Shown one piece after another: positions 47,938 to 61,639 of a stretch of DNA of 64,000 bases; position 1 is the first letter of the stretch, and every line of letters begins with the position of its first letter. The position numbers were made by a program, and so were the translations under genes. The notes beneath the pieces are model-generated. The model was given only the letters and a program-made list of their open reading frames with translations, did no database searches and was not told where the DNA came from. The DNA comes from Callorhinchus milii (Eukaryota), in the NCBI RefSeq assembly GCF_018977255.1, contig NW_024704742.1, forward strand, positions 66,156,001-66,220,000, given 5' to 3'.

Positions 47938-48489
47938 AGGGGTGGGAGATAGATAGGAAACTGGATCAAACAACAGGAATGTAAGGGTAGCAATAATGGG
48001 GAATGTTTTTCAATGGATTCACAAACACTTAATTCCAGGAAATAGATTTGGCACCTTTCACCATTTTCAATAATTGGACCATAAACCCACAACCTTCTGA
48101 CCGAAACCATGAGAGTGTTACCAACTGAGCTAGGTTAGAGCAATGAGCTGTGAGGAACAATTAAACAAGCTAGGGTTCTTCAGTCTTGAAAAGAGACACC
48201 TCGGTAGGGATCGTATAACCATACTCCTTACATTTGATGTAGCATTCTATCATCTTGTCAAGCCACCTCAAAGCACTTCATGTGATTTACTGTGAACATA
48301 GCAGCCAACTTGTGCACAGCAATGTCCCATTATATGCCAGGCAGTGGAAGAGGGCACAGATTCAGGGTTGCGAATTGAACTTTTGGGATAGGGGTCCATA
48401 GAACTAAACTTCGGGAAAACACACCCCAGCAAAAGGTAAACACAGTCAGATTCTATCTGGACTGCCAAGTGAGGAAAACTGTTCTTTGT

Positions 48490-48795
48490 GGAGTCCCATA
48501 TTGCAGTGGTTAGTGAGCTCCCTCACAAGCAACTGGACCCCAGGTTTGAGTGGCAGTAAGTAGGAACCCAGTTGTTGGTTGATTGAGAGATCGCTTTCTG
48601 GGAGTAATAAACTCTACAAAAAAAAATATTTGGTCACTCAATCCACGACTGTTTGTGGGACTCTGCTGTGTGCAACAGGCTGCCACGTTTTGCCCACAAA
48701 ATATACAGTCAATCCACTTTACAATATATTTTGTGAAGCGATTTGAAAGGTCTTAACGACGTGATAAGACGCTATAAATGCAAAGATATTATTAT
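48490..48795 (+). mobile_element. SINE family A, internally deleted
   Basis: GGAGTCCCATA head and tail. Confidence 0.85.
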
Positions 48796-49214
48796 CATAT
48801 TAAAACATAAGAATCTCAGTAGAAAGCAAAGGGCCATCCATCTGGTTCCCTTAAAAGTGGAGCAGGTTGCGATCAGTCCTGGTTGGTGTTGTTCCTGCTG
48901 CATCATAATGCGTAGGTTACGAATTTTCTTGGTGTAGGGTAAGCCTTGACAGTTCCTCATCTGTTATTCCCTAGGCCTCTGGTCTGACTTATTTGGTTTC
49001 CTTTGATGTGACCATTAAATATTTTTATTTACTTCGATCAGATTTCCCTTAATGATGACTTTAACTGGCTCGCACACACTGATAATTAGGTCCAGATGGC
49101 AGGTGCACTAGTCAAATGGTGGGTAGGGGGAGGAGGAAGAGAGGGGTGGCAAAGCAGATTTAAAGGGTCACAACTTCCTGCTTCAATTATAATTGTACAT
49201 ATGTGGAAGGAATC

Positions 49215-49323
49215 TACCTCTGTAATTTCCACGTGTAGGTGCGATGCATGGAAATCTCAGCTTGGTTTGGATACATTGATGGATTTCCACGTGTATCAAA
49301 CACCCGGCTGACCCGCCAAAAAA
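49215..49323 (+). repeat. Family X, 3' end
   Basis: GCATGGAAATCTCAGCTTGGTTTGGATAC..CACCCGGCTGACC..AAAAAAA. Confidence 0.8.
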
Positions 49324-49339
49324 ACAGCCAATTTGCAGA

Positions 49340-49484
49340 CTGTGACCACCCTACCTGTTAGGGCTTTGATTTACACTGATAACAGGAGCCGAGCGGGAAG
49401 AATCCTTGTCCCCAGTGAGCGGCTTGCACCTCCAAGCCCTGTTAATGAGCCAAACTGGGTTGGTCATGTCATCATCAATGCCCT
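49340..49484 (-). repeat. Family X, 5' portion
   Basis: rc CCAGGGCATTGATGATGAC..CAGTTTGGCTCAT..TCACTGGGGACAAGG..GGTAGGGTGGTC. Confidence 0.8.
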
Positions 49485-49770
49485 GGAGTCATGTAGCTCA
49501 GTGGTTAGAGCACTCACCTCATAAGCGAGAGACCTGGGTTTGATTCCCGGCAGGGCGAAATGTTGGGCAAGTTTCCTTACTCCACTCGACTCTGTTTACC
49601 GGAACCCGGTTGTTAGTCAGTTGGCGGATTGCTTTTCTGGGATAATAATCCCTAAAATAACACAATAATAATTTGGTCACTCAATCTACGACTGTTTGTA
49701 GGACAGCAATTGGCTGCCGCGTTTCACCCGCAAAATATACGGTCAATTCACTTTACAGTATCTTCTGTGA
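49485..49770 (+). mobile_element. SINE family A, 3'-truncated
   Basis: GGAGTCATGTAGCTCAGTGGTTAGAGC head. Confidence 0.88.
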
Positions 49771-50289
49771 ATGGCAGTCACACTGAAAAACATTTACTTA
49801 GTGGAGGGATTAAATAAACATGATCGGAGATAACACCCAGAGCACAAAGAACTGAATCTATGCTGTAAAGGTTTATATCTCTAAGTGTTTTAGGTGTCAG
49901 TGCAGCTCATTTAGTAGCACTCTCGCTCTCAGGCTGAGAAGTTCACAGTCTAGGCTGATGCTCCAGTGCAGTGCTGGAGGGGGGACTGCTTTGTTGGAGG
50001 CACTGTCCTTAGAATAATAATAAAAATAATAATAATAATAATCCTTGCATTTGATATCGCGCTTTTCACGTCTTCTAGACGTCCCAAAGCACTTCACAGA
50101 ATATACTGTAAAGAGAATTGACTATATTTTTGAGATGTTAAATTGTCTGCTTGTTCAGAGAAGGTGAAGTTGCTGACAAGAGTATGCTAGCCTGCCTGCA
50201 GTGCCAGCTCATTCTCATTGTTGTAATTTATTACCTCTAGAAACATCAACTGGAGATGGAATACCGCCTGTATTTCGATTCCTGAGCCA

Positions 50290-50965
50290 GGTGGGTCCGC
50301 AGTATTCCAGGGCACTGCTGAAAGCAGCACCAGCAGGATTTGGAAGGGCAGACCAGTCACTGCAGGCAAAAGGTCATCCCACTCAGCTCCTGTTAACCCT
50401 GCAAGCCAAAGCCCTAACGGGTAGGGTGGTCCTACCTGGACAAGCAGCGGGAAAGCTTGTCAGACAGTGATATCAGTGGTGTTGATGGAGTTGCAGAGCC
50501 TGGTGTTCAGTTTGACAGTGAGAGTTTCAATTTCACAAGATCAATTAGGGGATGTTTACAAAATAAGAATTAACATGTGTTTAAGTTTCTGCATGAATTT
50601 ACGTCTATTTATATTGAGCCCCTTATACACTAGAGTCCTGCCTCAGGACATAACTAGGAATTACTGTACAGTGACTGTTTTTCATAGCTCTAGATCTTCT
50701 CAGACCTGACTGAGTTGGATTCTATGTTAGCTGGTTAGACTCCAGCAGTTACCCCAACATACACTCTGGGGTCACCAAGCCTTGGCTCTTGCCAACCTGC
50801 GCCTAATACTTTCCGCAATTAGGTAAACAGGATATGTCCCTCCAGTGGGAAAGTACGCATTCCACTCCATTACACAGGAATTTCCATATGTAGGACAGAA
50901 TTTGCAGCTTGGTTTGGATACTCTTAATCATGGTGATGGGTTTCTCCAACTGCTCCCCAAAAAAT
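50290..50965 (+). repeat. Family X, longest copy, with 242-bp cassette
   Basis: Contains the 5' block, cassette 50476-50717 and the 3' block in order. Confidence 0.88.
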
Positions 50966-51131
50966 CGACCCTAGCTTTTTGAATTGAAATACAACCCATT
51001 ATGGAGAAGGGAGGTGGGGTTTTCCAAATGATATCTGTGAAACGTTTTCCCAACATTAAAGAGACTGTTTCAAACCCAAGGATTGTTATTATTTTATGCC
51101 TCTATGAAACGCCTCCATTCAAGGCTGAATT

Positions 51132-51509
51132 GGAGTCCCATAGCATAGTGGTTAGAGCACTCGCCTTGCAATCGAGAGGACCAGTGTACAATTCCCTGAC
51201 AGGGCGAAAACTTAGGCAAGTTTCCTTACTCCACACGGTTCTGTTTATCTAGCAGTAAGTATGAATGCAGTTGTTAGTCAATTGACGGATCGTTTTTCCG
51301 GGGATAATAATTTCTTCCAAAAAAATAAACAAATAATAATTTGATCACTCAAATGATGACTTTTTGTGGGACACTGCTTTGCACAATTGGCTGCCACGTT
51401 TCACCCACAAAATATAGAGTCAATCCACTTTACAGTATATTCTGTGAAGTGCTTTGTGACATCTCGACGAAGTGATAAGATGCTAAATCAAATACAAAGA
51501 TTATTATTA
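51132..51509 (+). mobile_element. SINE family A, full length
   Basis: GGAGTCCCATAGCATAGTGGTTAGAGC head to tail. Confidence 0.92.
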
Positions 51510-52084
51510 AGAGCCCTAGCCTGTCTAATCGCTGCTCACAGCTCACTTCTCTAACACTGGGGATCATCCTTGTTGCTCTCCTCTATGCTGCCTCTAAGAC
51601 CCCCCCCCCCACCCAAGGTAACTCCCTTATGTCACAGTGACCAGAACTGCATGCAATACTCCGAGGACAGCCTGACTGGGACACACACATAACAGGCTGG
51701 CTTGCTTCTCAACTGGTTCGCCACGTGTTGCAATAAAATACTGGGTGTTAGGAGCAGAACAACACATATTGCCTCTGTGCTCACGGGGGATTTAAAGGTA
51801 TGTTACTGGGGGAATGTTGATGTACTCTATATTTCCGGGTCGAAGACCTGATAACTCTCTACAGATGTGCAGCACTATATTCTGCCACATCTGGGACTCA
51901 TAAGCAAATGCCTGGAGTGCTGGAGCTGATCTTACGTCTCACACGAAGTGATGGCACAACGGAGGCTTGTAGAACGAGAGGCTCATAACACTGCCTCAAC
52001 GGAAAAAATACCCAGACTAGTGATCTGAACTGGCGTTTGATGTGTACTTTATTTAAAGTGCTTTATTACGTAATTCACTCTCTC

Positions 52085-52495
52085 CGAGCCATTGACTTGA
52101 AGACCCTCACCCTCACATACAAATCCTTTCATACCCCATAAACTCCCTGCTTCTGTGACTTGCTCGTACCCCACTCCTCTGCCCACCTACTCTGCTCAGC
52201 TGACACAGGCCTGCTGCGCAGCCCCAACTCATCCGCACCACCATTGAAGGCTGTGCCTTCAGTCACGATTCCCCAAAACTCCAGAACTATCTGCTTTATT
52301 CTGTCTCTTTATCTATCTATCTGTCTGTCTGTCTGTCTGATTGTCTGTCACCTGAAAACCCTCCTCTTCAACCGTGCCTATGGTCACCTCCTCCTCTCAC
52401 TTCTCCCTTAGTCAGTATCCAACACCACCTCTGTACAGTGTTCTGAGATACTATCCTGTGTGAAGGGTGCTGTACAAATGCAAGGTTTTGTTGTA
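52085..52495 (+). mobile_element. L2 LINE 3' fragment
   Basis: LKTLLFNRAY; GTGAAGGGTGCTGTACAAATGCAAG tail. Confidence 0.75.
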
Positions 52496-53544
52496 TTTCA
52501 CTTTTGCGTGTAGAATACCAAATTTCTGCTGGATTTGGGAATTTAACTCACAGTTTCAAGTGACCCATTTCCGGCAGTGAGTACCACATCCTCACCACCT
52601 TCTGTGTAAATGTGTTCCTCCTAAACTCCAGGTATGCTATTATATCTGGCCTCACCAACAAGTGGAAATACTGTATTTATGTCCACTAATAATAAGAAGA
52701 ATCCTTGCATTTGAAATAGCGCCATGTCGGTGAGGTGTTTCAAAGTACTTCGATTTTTACAGTATAATATTAATTATACACTAATTGTATAACACAATTA
52801 TACCCTAACATAATCTTAAACGCTTCTATTAAGTCCCTTGGGACGTCCCCCGATGGGAAAAGCACTATATAATGCAATTTGTTGTTGTTATTATTGTTGT
52901 GATCCCCTCTCAATCATCTCATCTCCAGAGAAAAATGTTCCAACCTGTACAATCTTTTTTGACAGCTAATAAATCTATCCTGCTACAAATCTACTCTCCC
53001 AAAACTTCTTGTAATAGAGTGAACAGAACTGCACAGAGTGCTTTAAATGTTCCAGTGCAGTATTGGGGAGAATCATTGTATTGTCAGAGGTGCACAAGCT
53101 ATTAAATGCGAAACACACTGGCCCAGAAACCTGCAGGCAGAATCAATTGGGGGATGTTTAAAAGGGATACAGAGACACTTGGGAATTAAGGCTATTAAGA
53201 GATATAATAATAACAATAATCCTTGGACTTGGTATAGCGCCTTTCATGTTGGGAGGATGTCTCAAAGGGCTTCACAGGATATGCTGTAAAGTGGAGTGAT
53301 GTGTATTTATAGCTGAATGTGGCAGTCCAATCAAACACAGCAACATCACAAAAAGGCCATGAAACAAATGTTAGGTCAGGGTATTAAGGGATACGGGGCA
53401 AGGGTAGATAATTGGATTTGAGGTAAAGATCTTATAGAATGGTGGAACAGGCTCGAGGGGCTGAATGGCTTACTCCTGTTTCTGTGTTTCTATGTTTCTA
53501 GGACACCGAGAGAAACTCCTTTGTCTTTTTGAATAGTGCCACGG

Positions 53545-54220
53545 GCTCCTCAGCTTTCCTTTCTGCCTCACATCCATTCGTTGACCAGGATCGCTTTTTC
53601 CCACCTCTGTCACATTGCCCACCTCCGTCCATACCTCACAACAACACAGCCCAAACCCTCATCCACGTCTTCGTCACTTCCCAGCTGGACTATTCCAATG
53701 CCCTCTCCCCAGATCCACCATACACACAATTCAGCTAATTGAAAACTCCGCCCCCCCCCGGATACTCACCTGCATAAAACTTTGTACTCCCATCACACCA
53801 ATCCCACCAGTCCATCACATCAGTCCTTGCCAGGCTCCATTGGCTCCCAATTACCTAATGAATCGATTTCAAGATCCTCTCACTTGTTTTCAAATCTCTT
53901 CATGCCCTGACACCTTCCTACCTATTCAATTTGCTTATCCCCCAATTCCACCACCTGGTGCCTCTGCTCCACCATTGGTGGCCGTGCTTTCAGCCACTAC
54001 GCACTGAAACTCTGGAACTCTCTCCATCAATCCCTCCACTCTGCCCCCTCACTCCCCACCTTCAAATCCCACCTAAAGACCTTCCTTTTTGATGGTACTT
54101 ATGGTCACCTCCTCCCTCCTTTTCCCCCTGGCTCGGGGTCAGACTCCACCATTGTCAAGCGCTCTGGGACGTTACCCCGTGTGTAGGCCGTTATATAGAT
54201 GCAAGTTGTTGTTGTTGTTT
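53545..54220 (+). mobile_element. L2 LINE 3' fragment
   Basis: AQTLIHVFVTSQLDYSNAL; QLIENSA..RILT; (TTG)n tail. Confidence 0.9.
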
Positions 54221-54764
54221 AAGCCTGGGTTTAACATCTCACCCGAACGACGGCACCTCTTACAATGTAACCGTTGGAGTGACAGCCTGGAGTGTGTGAC
54301 ATGGGGAGGAAGTAAAAGGCTCCGGCATGATCTAATAAATTGGCACAACAGACTGGACAGACTGAAAGGACTCCTCCTGTTTCTGTGTTGCTTTGAGCAC
54401 AAGAGGCTGAATCAATAACACAGTTGTCTACAGATAACTTGTATCCAACAGGGAGTTTCAGCACCAGCCGGTGGTGAGGTCCAGTGTACAATTGCAGCGG
54501 ACTTCCACAGACATTTTGTTCAGCCATCTCCACCCTTTTAGTTTTGCATGACTTGAAGCAATCTGTTTTTAATCCAAACGCATTATTACACATTTTCTCG
54601 TATACAAGGCGACGAAAGAATGACTGGATTCCCAGAAAGGTCGAAGGGGTCAGCTCCCAGCCCTTCAGCCTCACCTGCTCCATGAAAGCCTCTGTCAGTC
54701 CACTAGGCGGAGTGCCGAGTAACAACAATAACGACAACAACAGCTTGCATTTGTACAGCGCCCC

Positions 54765-54985
54765 TCACAAGCAGTCATGGATTGAGTGACCAAATTCTTT
54801 TTGAGGGATTGTTACCCCCGGAAAGGGAACCGCCAATCAAATAACAACTGGGCTCCTACTTACTGCTAGGTAAACAGAGGCGTGTGGACTAAGGAAACTT
54901 GCCTAAGGTTTCGCTCCACTCGGGAATCAAACCCGGGTCCTTTAGCTTGTGATGCGAGTGATTTAACCACTACACTACAGAACTA
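54765..54985 (-). mobile_element. SINE family A, 5' two-thirds
   Basis: Reverse-complement body and head. Confidence 0.85.
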
Positions 54986-56404
54986 TAAATGAATTATAGA
55001 ATTCCAGGCACTTTCTCACAAATACCTTCCAGCTCCTATGAATGTAAACTGGGCTTTACACCCTCAGCTGAAAATAAGTCTACATGATCCTGCACCTTGT
55101 AGCTCAGTGTCGTCACAGTCTCTTTTACCGTTGCTGTATACATCGGAACAGCTGTGCTAAAGGGCACTGTAAGGTTGTAATCCACTCACAGGGGTCACAA
55201 AATGTCATGGACCCAAAACGGCAGAGCTTGAGCTGTGACATAATCGTCTGGACTGTGTTACAGACTTGAAAATGCACTAGTTGAGGAAAGCTTTCCTGTT
55301 TTCCAATACCAATCTCTATGCTGCATGCACTGACTTACTGTTTTGGTACAGTCTGAGGTGGCCTAAGCCATGTGAGTTTCCCCAGCAGCTTTTCTCCTGG
55401 GATAGAATGGGAAGGTGGACGTGATGGCTGCAGGATTCTGTGTGTTAGCTAGGCCTCACTAAACAAGTAAAAAGGATGTTCACTGTATACTAGCCATCCT
55501 GGCCAACAATTCCTCCAGCCCCTGGCTCAGTTGGTAGCAGTCATGCCTCCAAATCAAAAGACTGTGGGAAAAGGGTGACTGAAAGCGCAGTCAAAAAGTT
55601 AGGTCTTCAGGCGTGCTTTAAAGGTGGGGAGGGAGAGAGAGGGCATGGTGGAGGGACTCCAGGATGGAGCTCCAGAGAGTAAGGTGGGGGGTGGAGGGGG
55701 GGTGGCAGAGTGGCTGAAAGCTCACACACCAATCATGAATGGATCAGAGAGAGGACGTGAAACTGAGCAGAAGGAGTGGCTGGGTGATAGGAATTGCTGG
55801 AGGTTAAAAGACCCAGTCCATCTAGTTCGCCTTCTACCATCCTGGTAGTCGCATGGTACAATAATGGAGAAGTTGATAGTGATTCAAGGGGTGAGGCAAA
55901 AAGGGATTGAGGAAATAAATAAACAGAACAAAATAATACAGATTTATTTTTTTCTTCTAGTTTGGACTTTGCTATATAAATCCAAGTTTCTGTTGATATT
56001 GTTACCTGATTGTTTTTCAGTGTGAATGGGTGGAATGTGCACTCCCATTAGAGTGCAATAAGCTAATAATAATAACCCTTGTTCGATATAGCGCCTTATC
56101 AAGTCATCGAGACGTCTCAAAGCGCTTCACAGAATATACTGTAAAGTTTTACTTCTGTTTTTGTTTCAGATTGCCAGCATCTGCAGTATTTAGTGCTTTG
56201 TTTATACTGTAAAGTGGTGTGACTAGCTTGTGGTTGAACTCCAATTTGCACTCACAAAATCTTATGCACCTCAAACTGTTTCAGGAGATTTACTGTACAG
56301 TGCAGTGACTGCATTTTTATAGGCAATCACTTTGTACCACATAGAAGCTGTTTGTGTCCCCTGCATCTACCAATAAAATAATTCTATACATGTCCTCCAT
56401 CTTA

Positions 56405-56729
56405 ATCAATGTCCCACAAACAGCCCTGTAGTGAGTGACTATTTTTTCTTTATTTGGGGAGGATTGTTGGCCAGAGCAGAGGGATAAACTGCCTTCTCTT
56501 TCGAAGAGTGCCATGGAATCTTTAACCTCCGTCCGGATGGGATGGGCAGACAGGACCTCAATTTAACATCTCATCCAAAGTACAACACCTCTGACAATAC
56601 ATTATAACCCCAGCAATGCACTGGAGTGTCAGCTTAGACTCTATGCGATCCAAGTCTCGTTGTGGGGCTTGAGCCCACAACCTTCTGACTCAGAGGTAAG
56701 ATTACTACCAACTGAGCCAGGTTGATACA
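56405..56729 (-). mobile_element. SINE family B
   Basis: Reverse-complement core and head. Confidence 0.88.
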
Positions 56730-56879
56730 CAAGATTAAGCTGGAGAACATTTATAGAATTAGTTCATTGGCAGATGCAGGAGACACGAATTTGAAAACTA
56801 CAGTCATTGCACTGTACAGTAAATCCCATGTATTTTGAGATACATAATATTTTAAATGGGATTGAAAATGGAAAATCCA

Positions 56880-57176
56880 GAGCAACACTCTAAGATTCAC
56901 TAAGACAGTAGAACAAGAGGACATAGATTTAGAGTTGCAAAGGACAATTTCAGGAACAGATGCCAGGAAGTTTTTCTTTTTTAGTTTTTTTACGATGTGT
57001 CTCCTGCAACAACCACAGAGAGTAATAACAGTTGCAACGAGTTGCCAAGAAATATGGTTGAAGCCAAGATTCTGGATTCATTTAAAAAGTGTGTTTGATA
57101 GGAGGACGGTAGGGTGAGTACTCTCGGAGGATGTAACCAGATGGCCCAAAGGGCCTTTTTTATGTAAACCATTTGT
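56880..57176 (+). mobile_element. CR1 LINE 3' end
   Basis: RTRGHRFR..RTDARKFFF..QRVI; GATGGCCCAAAGGGCCTT tail. Confidence 0.8.
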
Positions 57177-57511
57177 GGAGTCCCGTAGCATAGTGGTTAG
57201 CATGCCTGCCTCGCAAGCGAGAGGACTTGGGTTTGATTCCCAGGCAGAGCGAAACCTTAGGCAAGCTTCCTTACTCCATATGCCTGTTTACCTAGCGGTA
57301 AGTAGGAACCCAATTCTTAGTTGATTGACAGATCGCTTTCCGGGGGTAATAATTCCTTCAAAAAAAATAACACTGCTGTGCGCAATCGGCTGCCGAGTTT
57401 CACCCACAAGTTACATAGTAAATACACTTTACAGTATATCCTGTTAAGTGCTTTGAAACTTCTCAATGACATGATAAGGCTCTATATCAAACGCAAGGAT
57501 AATTATTATTA
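57177..57511 (+). mobile_element. SINE family A
   Basis: GGAGTCCCGTAGCATAGTGGTTAGC head to tail. Confidence 0.9.
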
Positions 57512-58492
57512 TATTGTAAAACAATCTTGTGATCTGGTGACATCTTCCCAATGTGAAAGGCACGATAATCAAACCCAAGTGTTATTAGTATCTCAGCCTC
57601 TGGGCCTCCACTGGCCATTTCTGTCACAGCCTCTCCTCAATCCAAAAACAACATTGAGGAGACTTGATACAAACGACTGGGCTGCATTGTATTCTCATGG
57701 CTCACAGAGGCTTGGCTTGAACACACTACACATACTTTAGACCGAAAAACTCTCAAGTAGAGTTATTTCTTCCCACAGAGGATAATTAGTAGTCGTGCTG
57801 AGTTTCAGAGACAGAAACTTTCTTAAGAACAAATTCAAACTGTCCAGTTCCAGAACTTACAAATAAGCTCACTATTCCTCTGACAAACGTGTAGCTCACA
57901 GCTGGCCCATGTTTCCGTAACTGGGATCTAATTTGCAGCGTTTCTTTACACAGTTCCTTCAAAATTACTCGGTGGTTGGGCTTTCAGTCTATCTCTTCCC
58001 AGTCTCTGGAATTCCATCCCAGAGTCCCTCTGACTCACTCTCTCCTTAACTTCTTTCAAGGTCTGTCTCAAGACTTTCATCACTGACCACTCCTTCAGTC
58101 ATCGTTTCCCTCCCCATCCCCTTCGGCTCCCTTATTATAACAATAATAATCCTTGCATTTGATATAGCGCTTTTCACGTCTTTTCGGCGTCTCAAAGCGC
58201 TTCACAGAATAGACTGTAAAGTGAATTGACTGTATATTTGTGGGCGAAATGCGGCAGCCAATTCCCCAGTTTGGGTGCCCGGTCAAGACTGTCAAGCTCC
58301 TTGGGAAGTCCTTTAACATCAAAGGCACTATATGAATGCAAATTTAAATATCTGAATCCAAGTATAGATGGCATTGGGATGGAGTTCCCTCAAATCAGAG
58401 AGGCACATTTATGGTCAGTAGGAGTAGCCCCTATTTGCAACACACAGATTACATTTTTTTCGGTTAAAAAAGTCTCATGATTGATGTAGGAA

Positions 58493-58862
58493 GACATCTC
58501 AAAGAGCTTCACAAAATTTACCGTAAAGTGTAATGACTGAGCATTTTCTGGGCAAAAATGACAGCCAATTTGCACACAGCAACGTCCCACAAGCAGCCCA
58601 TGAAGTGAATGAGCATTTTTAATTGAGGCCAGGACACCCTTCTCTTTTCAAAGTGTTATGAGATTTTTAATATCCACCTGAACAGGCAGACGGGATCTCG
58701 GTTTAATGTCTCCTCTGAACGAAGGAAACTCTGAGAATGAAAACCACCCCCAGTGCTACATTAAATCTCAGTTTAGATTCTGTGAGTTCCAAATTCTTAC
58801 ATGGGGCTTGAACTCAAACCTTCTGAGAGGCGAGAGTGCTACTAACTGAGCCAGGCTGACAC
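58493..58862 (-). mobile_element. SINE family B
   Basis: Reverse-complement tail, core, head CCAGGCTGACAC. Confidence 0.88.
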
Positions 58863-59127
58863 ACAATGTATTACTGTATTACATCTTGGCTCGATACTGC
58901 TGTTATCTTAATTTACAAAAAGCCCTGAGCAGAAAGAGTTTCTAAGAAAGTGTAATTTGACACGTCCAATGCCTCTGCACAATAGCCTGATACGTCCAAT
59001 GTCTCTGATCAATGGGAATCCCATCAAACGAAGACTCCCGGGATGTATGAAGTACTCTGTTCCCTCATTCGGCATTCAACGGGCAATTTCAGATTTCAGG
59101 AAGAACCAGTATGTTGACAGGAAGGAC

Positions 59128-59478
59128 AGACTGGCTCAACTAGTAGCATTCTCACCTCTGAGTCAAGAAGATTGTTAGTTCAAGCCCCACGTTAGAGGGA
59201 GTCCTGCCTTGTTGGAGGTTCTGTCCTTCAGATGAAACGTTAAACCAAGATCCATCTGCCTGTTTAGGTGGACATTAAAGATACCATGTACTCTTCGAAA
59301 AAAGAAGAATGTTTCACCTGGTGTCCTGGGCAACAATCCTGCAGATTAAAACATGGCTATTCACTTCATGACTGCTTGTGGGACATTGATATGCCACGCT
59401 CGCTTAAATATACACATTTTACAGTAAATCTTGGGAAGTATTTTGAAACATGTTAAATTAAAATGCAAAGATTAATAT
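59128..59478 (+). mobile_element. SINE family B
   Basis: Head CACCTCTGAGTCAAGAAG, core, tail. Confidence 0.8.
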
Positions 59479-59556
59479 TAACCTAGAAACCAAATATGAC
59501 TTCAATGCAGTTCCTATTAACTTCATGTTCTGTGAAGCAGTGACATTCTGCCGAGA

Positions 59557-60052
59557 AATACATACACAGACAGACATACACACAGAGAGGTAAACACACA
59601 CACACATAGATAGACACACACACAGATAAACACACATAGATAGACACACACACAAACAGATAAACACACATAGATAGAGACACACACACACAGATAAACA
59701 CACATAGATAGACACACACACAAACAGATAAACACACATAGATAGAGACACACATACAGACACAGAGATAAACACACGCAGATTCACACACAAATACAGA
59801 TGAATACATACATAGACACACATAGACATACACACACAGAGATAGACACACATAGAGATACATACACATACACACATAGAGATAGACACACACAGTGGTA
59901 GATACACATACACACAAAAATGAACACACACAGATAGATATACATGTACAGACATACACATACACACAGACACATACAGATGGACACACATATACACACA
60001 AACACACACTCAATTAAACACAAAAAGGAACATACACAGATATCACCCCCCC

Positions 60053-60083
<31 letters not shown>

Positions 60084-60090
60084 ACATAGA
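59557..60090. repeat. Compound (CA/GA/TA)n microsatellite with a poly-C run
   Basis: Direct inspection; 34-bp periodicity at 59623-59758. Confidence 0.95.
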
Positions 60091-60394
60091 AATACAATCA
60101 GCCATATATATAAACTGTCTTTTTCTCCCTCACTCTCACACCCACATGAGCTGAGTTCTAGCATTGTAGCATTAGCTCAGTGTTTGGGGGTGCGTACAGC
60201 GGTAGCCTTCTGCTGTAACTAAACAGTGGCACTAAGTGGTTTGCTGGGGGACTGCAACTCATGGATGTACAATGTACTATTATCCTGGGACTCAGTGTCT
60301 TAATTAACAGAAAATGTGCCTATTTTTGCGAGCGCTTTTTAGGGGGAAATTGCATTGACTAAGTATGTGCACACTGCCAGTCATTAAATTTGTG

Positions 60395-60745
60395 GAGGTG
60401 AGTGCTCTAACCACTAAGCTACAGTGGGTAGAGCGCTCGCCTCGCAGGCGAGAGGACCTGGGTTTGATTCCCAGGCAGGGCAAAACGATAGGCAAGCTTC
60501 CTTATTTCACACGCCTCTGTTTACCTAGTAGTAAGTAGGAACCCGGTTGTTAGTCGATTGGCAGATCGCTTTTCCAGGGGTAATAATCCCTTAAAAAAAA
60601 TTGGTCACTTAATTCACGACTGTATATGGGCGAAATTGGCTTCCGCGTTTCAACTGCAAAATCTAACACTTTACAGTATATATTCTGTGAAGCGCTTCGA
60701 GTTCTATCTCAAAGACGTGATAAGACACTATATCAAATACAAAGA
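60395..60745 (+). mobile_element. SINE family A with fold-back head
   Basis: Inverted copy of the head precedes the normal body and tail. Confidence 0.88.
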
Positions 60746-61639
60746 GTGTTTAAGGGGGAAATCACATTAAGTAAGGGTGCATTGCTGGAGTCAGTGAGTT
60801 TACCAACAAGTGGAGAGAGGAGAGAGTCCATTTATACACAATTGTTACCCATATTCATCTGAAAATGCAACACTCCTCTTATCAATATAAAAGGAACTGA
60901 AACTTATAGAATCTGATGTTTTTCTACCACGTTGAAACGATGACTCAAAGCGCTGCACAGGATTTCCTGTAAAGCGTAGTAACTGTGTATTTTGTAAGCC
61001 AATGCGGTGGCCAATTTGCGCTAAATGCAACACACTTCCTAGCACCACACAAGAGTGTAGTAGTCCTACACAATGAGTTCAAAATCTCAATGTGCGGTTT
61101 GACTCAGAGGCGAGAATGCTACCAGCTGAACCAGGCTGACACATACTGTACTGTGCTGTGTGTGTCAGTCACTGGTGAAATATTTAGACTCTGCTGTTGG
61201 AAGCTTGAAGATAATAACAGATTAATAGAAGTTGCACCGTATGACTGGACCTTATTCATATCTGTAGGCTTAATCCCACTGTTCCGGGTGGACGTATTAC
61301 AGACAAGCAGCCACATCTGCTGAACTATGAGCTGTTTGCCATTGATTCTCCCTCAGTTACTTCACGCACAGCCTGGGGGTTACTTCAGGAGCAGCTGTGA
61401 TTGTTTCTCATGCTGGCACTCACATGTCAGAGCATGTAGGGCCAAACCATTCGCAATATGGTAACCATCACCGCATTTTACAGCAACACTTCTGTGATCC
61501 AAAGCAGTGGAATGTATTAAATCTCACTCAGCGCGAGAGGCCAATAGATGACTGATTCCAGTGCAGCGATGGGGGCAGCACTGTATTGTCAGAGGTGCCA
61601 ATCTTCAGATGAGATGCTAAGCGCAGGTCCCGTCTGCTT

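Noticed and set aside
54231..54740. 169-aa minus-strand ORF
   Set aside because: Starts in a (CAA)n LINE tail, ends in CR1/SINE remnants, and resembles no protein I know.
59458..60222. Cys/Val-rich and His/Thr-rich ORFs
   Set aside because: Translations of a (CA/TG)n microsatellite; the same applies to 10623-10934.
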